A stretch of 16,840 nt of DNA, from NCBI GenBank assembly GCA_049970895.1, contig JBMFMB010000024.1:1-16840 (forward strand). The letters run 5' to 3'. The translations under genes were made by a program, and so were the position numbers. The stretch is from Candidatus Bathyarchaeia archaeon (GTDB lineage: Archaea > Thermoproteota > Bathyarchaeia > Bathyarchaeales > Bathycorpusculaceae). The notes under the pieces are model-generated. The model was given only the letters and a program-made list of their open reading frames with translations. It had not been told where the DNA came from and ran no database searches. Shown here one piece after another: positions 8,015 to 15,252 of this stretch. The stretch's first letter is position 1. Every line of letters starts with the position of its first letter.

Positions 8015-8175
8015 TTGGTGCTATCTCTTCAGCTTTGTTTTTAACGTCAAGTCGTTGCAAATAAGCTGCTGCGCCTATGGCTATGTATAGTGGCAATAGA
8101 ATCTTGCCATATGCGATTTGTTGGCGGCTAGTGCTGGAGAGCCATTATTGTAGCGGATGCTTGGGGCTTTCCATG
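8015..8175 (-). pseudogene. Possible highly degraded VapC/PIN remnant
   Basis: Across frameshifts DS..LYIAIGAAA.ICNDLTLKNKAEEIAP, similar to the PIN C-terminal DxLYIAxA...TxDxxL; boundaries approximate. Confidence 0.3.
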
Positions 8176-8255
8176 CTGTTTGTCGGTCCACTTTTACTCT
8201 AATTGTTTTTGATACGAAGTAAACTAATGTGTAAAGGTTACTGGAAGAGGTGTTT

Positions 8256-8459
8256 CTACTTGCAAATGGTTTTTCTAAGACCTACATCCAAGAAGACGAC
8301 GGTCGGTTGGTTTAATTGGTTATGTATTTGCCTACTCTCCAGCGCCAGCGTCCTTCAAGTTCGCCTTGCAATTTAACACTCTGGTAACGGATTCTGCCAA
8401 GCTTTGGCACCTATAGATTCAAGTAAGCGAAATTATGGGTCTGTTCCAGCTAAAACGTT
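8256..8459 (-). pseudogene. RelE/ParE-family toxin remnant, 5'-truncated
   Basis: Across frameshifts: RLLESI..SLAE..YQSVKLQGELEGRWRWRVGKY...TVVFLDVGLRKTICK*. Upstream sequence ends at CGCG 8460-8463. Confidence 0.75.
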
Positions 8460-8585
8460 CGCGCCAACCTCAAGGATTTGAGGCTCCCAGTGTTATCCTC
8501 AAAGTGATGCATGGCACGTCTAAAACGCAGTTTTCCCCTCGGGACTTCTCGGAATCAGAAGCGTAAGTCTGACTCCGCTTTCCGC

Positions 8586-8951
8586 TCATGTTTCGATAAG
8601 CATTGAGAGTTGCGCTTCCTTCAGTGTGTTTTTATTGGGTCTACTTCAAGTCCAAGGGCTTCGAGGGCTGTCACTCCAAGTATTTGCAATATCATCTTTT
8701 TCTCCGAAGATTAGAGTTATGCCTCCTCTCCTGCCCATGAGCTCTACCTCAGCGATGCCTATTTCCCTTTCCACATCTCCGCCCAACGCTCTGAACCTCC
8801 TCTTCTCAACAGGCTTTAAACCTATGGATTCAAGTAGGCTCCTGCTTACCACCGTTTAGATTGCCCCAGTATCTACAACACCCTCAACATCTATGTGCCT
8901 TTCCCTATCCATTGGGTTTACAATTCTAAACTTAGCCTTAATGAAGCCCAT
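8586..8951 (-). pseudogene. Clan AA aspartic protease pseudogene
   Basis: MGFIKAKFRIVNPMDRERHIDVEGVVDTGAI*TVVSRSLLESIGL..., in-frame TAA after DTGAI, frameshift before ILGVTALEALGLEVDPIK and another near the end. Confidence 0.88.
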
Positions 8952-9178
8952 TGTCTGCTCGTTTAATAAACCCGTTTTCTCATACTTAAAAATATTCAAA
9001 ATTTTACGTTTCTTCCCTTTCATCTTACGGCTTCGATGTCCCTTGCTTTTTGTTTTTGTGGCGCGGATGCTTGACTGAATTTAATAAATTTTGGTGGTGG
9101 ATGATGTATGTGGAAGAGCGTTTAGCTTAACATTTTGAGAAGTTTCTCATGATTTATTAAATTGTCAATTAAGTTGTT

Positions 9179-9362
9179 TTAACAGGAAATTTTTAAGTCT
9201 TCGTCCATCGTGAGAGTTGCACGTTGTTCACAGCTGATGTGGCGTAGAAAAGTTACCAATAATGTCTCTATGCCCAGCATCGTCAGTTTAAAGGCCAGCT
9301 TAATGTCTTTAATGTTGGCGTTAGCCACTCGTAGAAGCCTAATTTCACAAGGGATTTGACGG
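9179..9362 (-). pseudogene. VapC/PIN toxin C-terminal remnant
   Basis: Across frameshifts: VKSLVKLGFYE.ANANIKDIKLAFKL.MLGHRDIIGN..YATSAVNNVQ.LTMDEDLK, matching the archaeal PIN pattern GHxDxxDNxxYA...LTxD. Confidence 0.55.
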
Positions 9363-9391
9363 GCTGATGGCTGGAGGCAGGCGGCAACTTC

Positions 9392-9595
9392 AGCGGAAAA
9401 CAACTCCTACACGACCGATGGCACCGGACAAGGTGAATAGCTGAAGAGCAGAGCAGACTAGCAAAAGTTAACAAGGCTAAAAATCCAGAAGCTTAAAAGG
9501 CTGTGCAGTTAAGGCAGAAGCGAAACATAATCCGCCAAGGTGGTGGAAACCCACCGCTGAAGCGTATGGGAGAACGTCAAAAAGACACGGTACCC
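9392..9595 (+). mobile_element. tnpB: Degraded IS200/IS605 TnpB remnant
   Basis: SGKQLLHDRWHRTR*IAEEQSRLAKVNKAK..LKRL..RQKR..IIRQ...AEAYG resembles the TnpB helical region and AEExG motif, with large internal deletions; boundaries approximate. Confidence 0.5.
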
Positions 9596-9886
9596 TCGCC
9601 ATAGCAAAGCTATTACCAACCTAATATAATATAGAATGGAAAAACAAACATAATACGCAACAAAATTCCTAAAAGAAATCAACAATTAACCTCAACTTTT
9701 GACGTAAAATGGAAGTTTTCTAACGCTTTTCACCGTTCAGGCGCCGAAAGAAGGTTGAATCGGCTTCTATTGAAGCTAAATAAAACTGTAACTTTGCTTA
9801 ATTGTTGCAGCACTTCTTAAAAATTGGCCTATTCCAGCCCATTCTTTTCAACGTAGACGCTATGATTCGCTGCAAACCAACGCCAA

Positions 9887-10258
9887 TCAGTATAAACTGA
9901 GCAGGAGGTATCCGCCTTCAGGCGATATTTCCTCCAAGCTGCCGGTTTTTGGGTTCACTTTAAACCCCAACGTTTCTAAAGCATAGACGCCTAGAATAGG
10001 CCTTGGTGTTTCAAGCTCAGCTATGAATGCAGGTCCCCTCCTGCCCTCCACTTCAACTTCCGCTAGGAAAAGGTTTGCCTCAACTTCCCTTTTATCGGCC
10101 AGCGTCAACTTCACCTTATAGGGGGTTTCAAGCAACCCCAGCTCCTTGATGGTTCCCGGGTCTAAAACAATGTATGTGGAACCCGTATCTACAAGCATCC
10201 TAAGCGACGCGGTTTTTCCCATACCTATGACTTTAACGCTTACATATGTAAAGCCCAT
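9887..10258 (-). CDS. Clan AA (retropepsin-like) aspartic protease
   Basis: MLVDTGST motif, ILGVYALETLGFKVNPKTGSL; SD GGTGAGGTG and TATA TTATATTATAT upstream. Confidence 0.92.
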   Translation of the reverse strand: MGFTYVSVKVIGMGKTASLRMLVDTGSTYIVLDPGTIKELGLLETPYKVKLTLADKREVEANLFLAEVEVEGRRGPAFIAELETPRPILGVYALETLGFKVNPKTGSLEEISPEGGYLLLSLY

Positions 10259-10429
10259 TACACCTCACCATAACATTCGTGGCATTATATAATATAATTT
10301 ATCTTTTATCTTTTGGAAACAAAACAGATAAGAGGAATAAGAAACCAACATGAACGCGGGAAAGTTTTCTTTCGCCATAGAAATAGAAAAAGAGGGGGGT
10401 TTTGCGAGAAATCTCCATCTGCTGTTGTT

Positions 10430-10457
10430 CCGGGTTCAAATCCCGGCGGCCGCACCA
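10430..10457 (+). other. Isolated 3' fragment of a tRNA (probably tRNA-Gly); att-site scar
   Basis: CCGGGTTCAAATCCCGGCGGCCGCACCA is a T-arm, 3' acceptor strand and A-CCA. The complementary 5' GCGGCCG, D-arm and anticodon are absent upstream. GCGGCCG/CGGCCGC-A acceptor stems are typical of archaeal tRNA-Gly. Confidence 0.82.
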
Positions 10458-10505
10458 TAGGCTTTTAACTTTAAACGTACATATTTTGCTTAAGGGGTTA
10501 TGTAT

Positions 10506-10697
10506 ATGCCTATAGTTCATGTGTATGTTTGGGAGGGTTTCGGGAAAGACCGCATTAAAACACTGATGAGGGAGATAACGAGGGTGTTTGGAGGCTTGGG
10601 GGTTCCAGAAAGCGCTGTTGAGGTAATCGTGCACGAAGTCCCAAAAACGCATTGGGGTATTGGTGGAGAGCCGGCCTCTGAGAAGTTTAGGGAATAA
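10506..10697 (+). CDS. 4-oxalocrotonate tautomerase family protein
   Basis: Second ATG gives catalytic Pro1: MPIVHVYVWEG...VEVIVHEVPKTHWGIGGEPAS. Confidence 0.92.
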   Translation: MPIVHVYVWEGFGKDRIKTLMREITRVFGGLGVPESAVEVIVHEVPKTHWGIGGEPASEKFRE

Positions 10698-10700
10698 GCC

Positions 10701-11310
10701 TTAACGGGCGATGGCTGCAAGGGCTGTTATGGTGAATGGTGCTGCCACTGTCAGTATGACGTCGCTCGTGAAGGCTGTTATGAGAGTTTCTTGGCCGCAG
10801 TTGCGTACTATTATGGGCAGTGTTGTGTCCATTGCTGTTGCGCCTCCCATGGCTATTGGCGCATATTTGTCCAACTTTGCGAGTAGCGACGCGCCGACTA
10901 TTGTTGCAAGTTCTCTGAGAAGGTTCACTGTGAAGACGAGGGCGCCCCACTCCAGCCCGAAAAGCTGTCCAGCCAATGGTCCAGCTAGCGTGTACCATCC
11001 ATAGCCAGCACAAACTCCCATAGAGGCGAATACATTAATTCTGAGATATTCCGCCAACAAGCCCTCCTGTTATGCTGCCTAAAGCCACAGCAAATGGGAA
11101 AACAATTATTCTAAACTTGGCTTCCCTAATTTTTGCCACGGCTTTTTCATCCGCCATGAAAAACATGTCCATCAAAAACAGCAGCGCAATTAACGAGAAG
11201 TTGAAAGTGTATTGTGAAAAAACGGTGTTTAAAAGCGGAGTCCCAAAATTATTGTTTAAGTAGCCAGCCAGAATTCCAACGGCAAGTGCGAGTAGAACAT
11301 ATTTTATCAT
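10701..11310 (-). pseudogene. LysO/DUF340 lysine-exporter family protein, frameshifted
   Basis: ORFs 11035..11310 and 10701..11060 join by a frameshift near 11045; motifs GYGWYTLAG, NLLREL, GGATAMDTTLP. Confidence 0.85.
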
Positions 11311-11597
11311 ACTTTCACCAATTTTCGAGCTGCCTTCACGAAGAGTATGCTGAAAAGCAAAGCCATAACCAAGAGCATTAGGGCATTAAACCCGACACTT
11401 GGCATTATTCCCAAAAGTTCAGAATTTAAGCCTATCGAAAAGCCCAGAGAGAAAATTAGTATTAGAATAATGCCAAGTACAAGCTTTCCAAAATTAGGAA
11501 GCTTCTTGCCCCTCAGATAATAGCCAATCACCATCCCCGCAACCAACGGAGGGACAAGCAAAGCAACATCCATAAGACCAGCCATGTCAACCGCCAC
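11307..11597 (-). CDS. Small LysO-family (DUF340 N-terminal-like) 3-TM protein
   Basis: ILILIFSLGFSIG motif; 4-nt overlap with the downstream LysO gene. Confidence 0.78.
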   Translation of the reverse strand: MAVDMAGLMDVALLVPPLVAGMVIGYYLRGKKLPNFGKLVLGIILILIFSLGFSIGLNSELLGIMPSVGFNALMLLVMALLFSILFVKAARKLVKV

Positions 11598-11660
11598 CGG
11601 ACAATAAGCGAACCTAACGGACAGGATTTAAAATCTTTTCTAAAAAAGGAGCCACCGAAG

Positions 11661-12443
11661 CTATAGCTTATTGGAGATTATTTCCCTAATTTTCCTTCTA
11701 GCCTCACACATGTTTTTAGCAATTACATCTGGTTTCTGTCCACTTTCAAGAAGCTTTTCAAACGGGAAGAACTGGGAGGCAACAAAAATGGTTTTTATGC
11801 CTAATTGTTTTGCACCCTTAATATCTTCTTCTGGACTGTCTCCAACGTAAACAGTTTCTTCAGCCACAACCCCCAGCCTTTTTAATGCTTCTTTGAAGAT
11901 TTTGGCGTGGGGTTTCCGCCAGCCAACAGCATCCGAAACCAATATTACATCGAAAAAGCAGCTTATACCAACTCTTCTAAGCCCAGCATATATCACTGGA
12001 GCATATGTAAAGTTTGAAACAAGCCCAAGCTTATAATTCCCAGACAGCATCTCCAAGGTTTGTTTTGCACACTTTCTCAGCCTAAAGGAGCTCAAGTAAT
12101 CCTCAAAGAAAATGTTAACAGCTGTCTTTATGCAAGCGTCTTCTGGACTTGTCTTAAACCCCAAACTGTTTAGGGCTTCAGAAATCCATATAGCATTTGT
12201 GACCTCAACAAGCTTCTGATAGCGTACAACACGATATTTTTCATGGGCTCGACTGTACGCCTCTAAAAAGTCTTCTTGGGTTACTTTGAAACCAGCGTCG
12301 AAAATAGCCCTATAAAGCTTCATTTTCGACTTTTCTAGGCTGTAGCCTTTTACATTAACCAGCGTGCCGATGAAGTCAAACATCACAGCCTTAATGGGTG
12401 GCAAAGCCTCGCTTCTCCATGGATTTCCAACACTTTTCTGCAA
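11661..12443 (-). CDS. HAD-superfamily hydrolase
   Basis: AVMFDFIGTL (motif I), LVSN, RKPHAKIF, YVGDSPEEDIKGA; start could be TTG 12404. Confidence 0.93.
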   Translation of the reverse strand: MQKSVGNPWRSEALPPIKAVMFDFIGTLVNVKGYSLEKSKMKLYRAIFDAGFKVTQEDFLEAYSRAHEKYRVVRYQKLVEVTNAIWISEALNSLGFKTSPEDACIKTAVNIFFEDYLSSFRLRKCAKQTLEMLSGNYKLGLVSNFTYAPVIYAGLRRVGISCFFDVILVSDAVGWRKPHAKIFKEALKRLGVVAEETVYVGDSPEEDIKGAKQLGIKTIFVASQFFPFEKLLESGQKPDVIAKNMCEARRKIREIISNKL

Positions 12444-12474
12444 TACTTATTTCCACATAATAAGGTTTAGGTAT

Positions 12475-12894
12475 ATGTCCAATAATGAGAATATTCAAGG
12501 CAGCATATCTCATAGAGACTACTTACACGAGAAGGTTGAGGAGTCAAAGCACAACGAAACAGTAGCCTATCTAATGTCTCCTGCTGGAACAGTATTCTTT
12601 GTAGGAGGAATCCTTGAAAACCTACTCATAAGCAACAATTATCAATGCAAGCCTAGACTGGTTCCTATTCATTCCATCCTACGCTATCTGTTTTGGGCTT
12701 AGCCCTACTAATCTGCGGTTTAACTTTAACTGTTTTGGAATAATGGCTGGAATAGCTATTCAAGGGACAGAAGCTGATACATGAATAGGCTTCGAAAGGA
12801 AAACTCCTTAGAGGAAGTTTTACTGTCCAAGAAGAAGGTTACAAGCGAATCGGGCGAAAAGAAAGCGAAAAGAACTAAGAAAACAGCCAATTAG
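12475..12894 (+). pseudogene. Degraded paralog of the 7448-7831 membrane protein
   Basis: DYLHEKVEESKHNETVAYLM vs DWLHRKAEESAHNEILAFLL; later VLGLALLICGLTL and YSRDRS*YMNRLRK vs SLGLILTIVGFGI and YDRKKAWYRKQIEK; several frameshifts and a TGA. Confidence 0.75.
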
Positions 12895-13624
12895 GGTTAA
12901 AGGGGATTTTTGAGACAATTGCAGCCAGTTTTTTGGCAAAATCCGTCTTCAAAAGCGCATCAACATTTCCAAGCGATTCCTCAACTTTTGGGTCGAAGGG
13001 CAAATCTCCAAGGAAAGGTAAGCCTGCACACGTCACATTTCTTGATACAAGCGCACTTTTCCTCATTTTCATGTTTTCGACAACTCCTAAAACCGGCACC
13101 TTAAGCTCCGCAAGAAGCCCCAGCAGCTTTTTAACGGTTTCAAAGGCAAGTGGGGAAGGGGTTGTAACTATGAGGAATTTTATGCCCTTGATAAGCCTGA
13201 TTAGGTCTAGGGTGGCATCGCTTATGCCCGGAGGCATATCCACTATTAGGAAGTCTAAGTCCCCCCATATTGTTGCGGCAAAGAGCTCTATGAGGGCGTT
13301 TGAAATGTCTGCGCCCCTTAGGGGCAGTGGCTTCTCCTTCGAGTAGGCGACGACTGAAACGTATTTTAAGCCGTAAACCTCTGCTGGAATTATGCCCTTT
13401 TCCTCTTTTGGCTTAGCGTCTTTAACGCCCAGAATTAGGTGTGTTGAAGGACTTGTAAAATCCAAGTCAAACAATCCAACTTTAAAGTTTTTTCTCGCCA
13501 GCGTTAGTGCAAGGGTGGATGCAACGAGGCTTTTTCCAACCCCGCCCTTACCACCTGAAACAGCGATTATGCTTTTCACTTTTTCAAGTCTCTTGCCGAT
13601 GATGGTTTCCCTCGGATCAATCAT
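12875..13624 (-). CDS. Mrp/NBP35-family ATPase, probable Mrp/MinD-type HypB
   Basis: SGKGGVGKS, DLDF, DMPPG and ENM motifs; N-terminal IDPR; no CxxC; 1 nt downstream of hypA. Confidence 0.9.
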   Translation of the reverse strand: MIDPRETIIGKRLEKVKSIIAVSGGKGGVGKSLVASTLALTLARKNFKVGLFDLDFTSPSTHLILGVKDAKPKEEKGIIPAEVYGLKYVSVVAYSKEKPLPLRGADISNALIELFAATIWGDLDFLIVDMPPGISDATLDLIRLIKGIKFLIVTTPSPLAFETVKKLLGLLAELKVPVLGVVENMKMRKSALVSRNVTCAGLPFLGDLPFDPKVEESLGNVDALLKTDFAKKLAAIVSKIPFNPNWLFS

Positions 13625-13625
13625 G

Positions 13626-14024
13626 CTATTTGACTCCTTTCACGCTCTCAAGCCACACGCCTCTCCCCTGCAAAATTTCAAAGTCCGGACTTCCACATCT
13701 TGGACATTTAATATAGGCGTGCACCGTCTCGGGGACGAAATGGATAGCTTCGGCTGTTTCCATGTCAAGCTTGTTTCTGCTAAAAGACCATTTTTGTCCA
13801 CAAACTCTGCATAGTAGCTCAGCTTTGACTGTTTCTATGGAGAATTTGGCATTTTTGAACTTCGCCATTTTAAGCTCTGATAGGGCAAACTCCAAAATGT
13901 CTAATTCAACCTGTTGAAGTTCACCAACTTTTATTTTAACTTCCCTAACCTCTTTTAACCCTTCCTTTTCAGCTATCTGCGAAACAGAGGAGATTATCGC
14001 TTCTGCCAAAGCCCACTCATGCAT
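13626..14024 (-). CDS. hypA: Hydrogenase nickel incorporation protein HypA
   Basis: MHEWALA start (ATG 14024), VGELQQV, CRVC...CPRCGS, GRGV. Confidence 0.96.
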   Translation of the reverse strand: MHEWALAEAIISSVSQIAEKEGLKEVREVKIKVGELQQVELDILEFALSELKMAKFKNAKFSIETVKAELLCRVCGQKWSFSRNKLDMETAEAIHFVPETVHAYIKCPRCGSPDFEILQGRGVWLESVKGVK

Positions 14025-14143
14025 AAGAAAGCCTTCAACAAAGCCAGATTTAAAAATATTGTAGAATAAGCCTTTAAACAGCTCTAACTGAAACGAAAAA
14101 TTTTTAAGTGCTTGATTTTTCCCAACAAAATTTGGTGATAGCC

Positions 14144-14200
14144 ATGCCAAAGAAGAAGAAGGAGGAGAAGAAAGAGGAAAAGAAGGAGGAGAAGAAGTAG
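14144..14200 (+). CDS. Candidate 18-aa Lys/Glu microprotein MPKKKKEEKKEEKKEEKK
   Basis: BRE/TATA GAAAAATTTTTAAG (~14095-14108), SD GGTGA 5 nt before the ATG, T-rich tract at ~14268-14283. Confidence 0.55.
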   Translation: MPKKKKEEKKEEKKEEKK

Positions 14201-14333
14201 AAGCCTCCTCTAAAACTTGAAAAAACGCTTGGCCTTCACCAACTAACGTTTAAATTTTCACGTTCTCACTTTCTTTTTCTCTTAGGTGTTAAAAGGGAAG
14301 TGTTAAATTGCCGCATTTTGATTTGTCTTCCCA

Positions 14334-15224
14334 GTGCTCGGAATGAATAAAGTGAGTAGGGTTGCCATAATTAGGGGCTTAGACCCTATAGAAACAACTG
14401 TTAAGGCGCTTAATGCTGTGAAATCGGATTTAGATGCTGTCCTTTCTTCTGAAAAGCCGATTTTGATAAAGCCAAATTACATAACGGCTCAGCACCCGTC
14501 CACAGGAGTTACAACAGACGCCAGAGTGGTGGAAGGAGTTGTCAAATTCCTTAAAGAGCAGGGTAAAGGCGATATCATTATTGGTGAAGGAAGCGGTTGG
14601 GCGGACACTTTTGAGGCTTTCAAGGTTGCGGGAATAGATAGGATAAGCGAAAAGTGGAAGGTTAAACTCGTCGACCTTAACAGGGATGTTTTCGTTGAGG
14701 TTTATCCGCCCAATCCTCTAGCCCTTAGAAGAGTTAAGGTGGCTAAAACGGCTTTAGAAAGCGTGATAATAAGTGTTCCAAAACTGAAACTTCATAGGCT
14801 GGCAACGGTGACGCTTGGGATAAAGAACATGATGGGAGCCCTAGCCTCAAAGGGAAGCATGCATAATGGGAGGCTCCACGCGAACATTGCGGACTTGGCG
14901 TCTGTGCTGAAACCAAGCCTAACAGTTATTGACGGAATAATAGCAGGAGAAGGACATGAAACAAGCGGGAACCCTGTGGAAATGGATTTAGTTATAGCTG
15001 GTTCGGATCCCGTTGCTGTTGACGCGGTAGGCGCCGCTGTAATGGGTGTTTCGCCAACAGAGGTTAAGCATCTGGTTTTGGCGGAGAAAAAGGGGCTTGG
15101 AACGTGCCGACTGGAAAACATAGAGGTTATTGGAGAGCCTATCGAAAAGTTGGCGAGAAAGTTCCGAAGGTCTATCTCTTCAAAATTCTTGAATATTTCT
15201 GAAAACTTTTGGAAAAGCTTTTAA
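14334..15224 (+). CDS. DUF362 domain-containing protein
   Basis: ILIKPN, GVTTD, IGEGSG, SVPKLKLH, TLGIKNMMG, IDG...GEG, DPVAVD; start may be ATG 14343. Confidence 0.92.
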   Translation: MLGMNKVSRVAIIRGLDPIETTVKALNAVKSDLDAVLSSEKPILIKPNYITAQHPSTGVTTDARVVEGVVKFLKEQGKGDIIIGEGSGWADTFEAFKVAGIDRISEKWKVKLVDLNRDVFVEVYPPNPLALRRVKVAKTALESVIISVPKLKLHRLATVTLGIKNMMGALASKGSMHNGRLHANIADLASVLKPSLTVIDGIIAGEGHETSGNPVEMDLVIAGSDPVAVDAVGAAVMGVSPTEVKHLVLAEKKGLGTCRLENIEVIGEPIEKLARKFRRSISSKFLNISENFWKSF

Positions 15225-15252
15225 GACTTCCCTTTAACGTAAAGGGAAGCCT

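Noticed and set aside
8409-8839. 19-bp near-repeat CCTAT(A/G)GATTCAAGTA(A/G)GC in the RelE remnant and the protease pseudogene
   Set aside because: Both encode LLESIG; short and plausibly coincidental, with no extension.
10350-10460. 36-aa ORF MNAGKFSFAIEIEKEGGF...RVQIPAAAP as a HicB-like gene
   Set aside because: Only a vague N-terminal resemblance, and it reads through the tRNA scar; too short to support.
10299-10652. ORF containing WCGRRDLNP as a split SSV-type integrase fragment
   Set aside because: The motif is just the antisense translation of the tRNA fragment; the ORF overlaps the 4-OT gene and has no integrase residues.
14025-14150. N-terminal extension of HypA in the ORF track
   Set aside because: HypA needs the N-terminal MHE nickel-binding motif; the extension covers promoter sequence.
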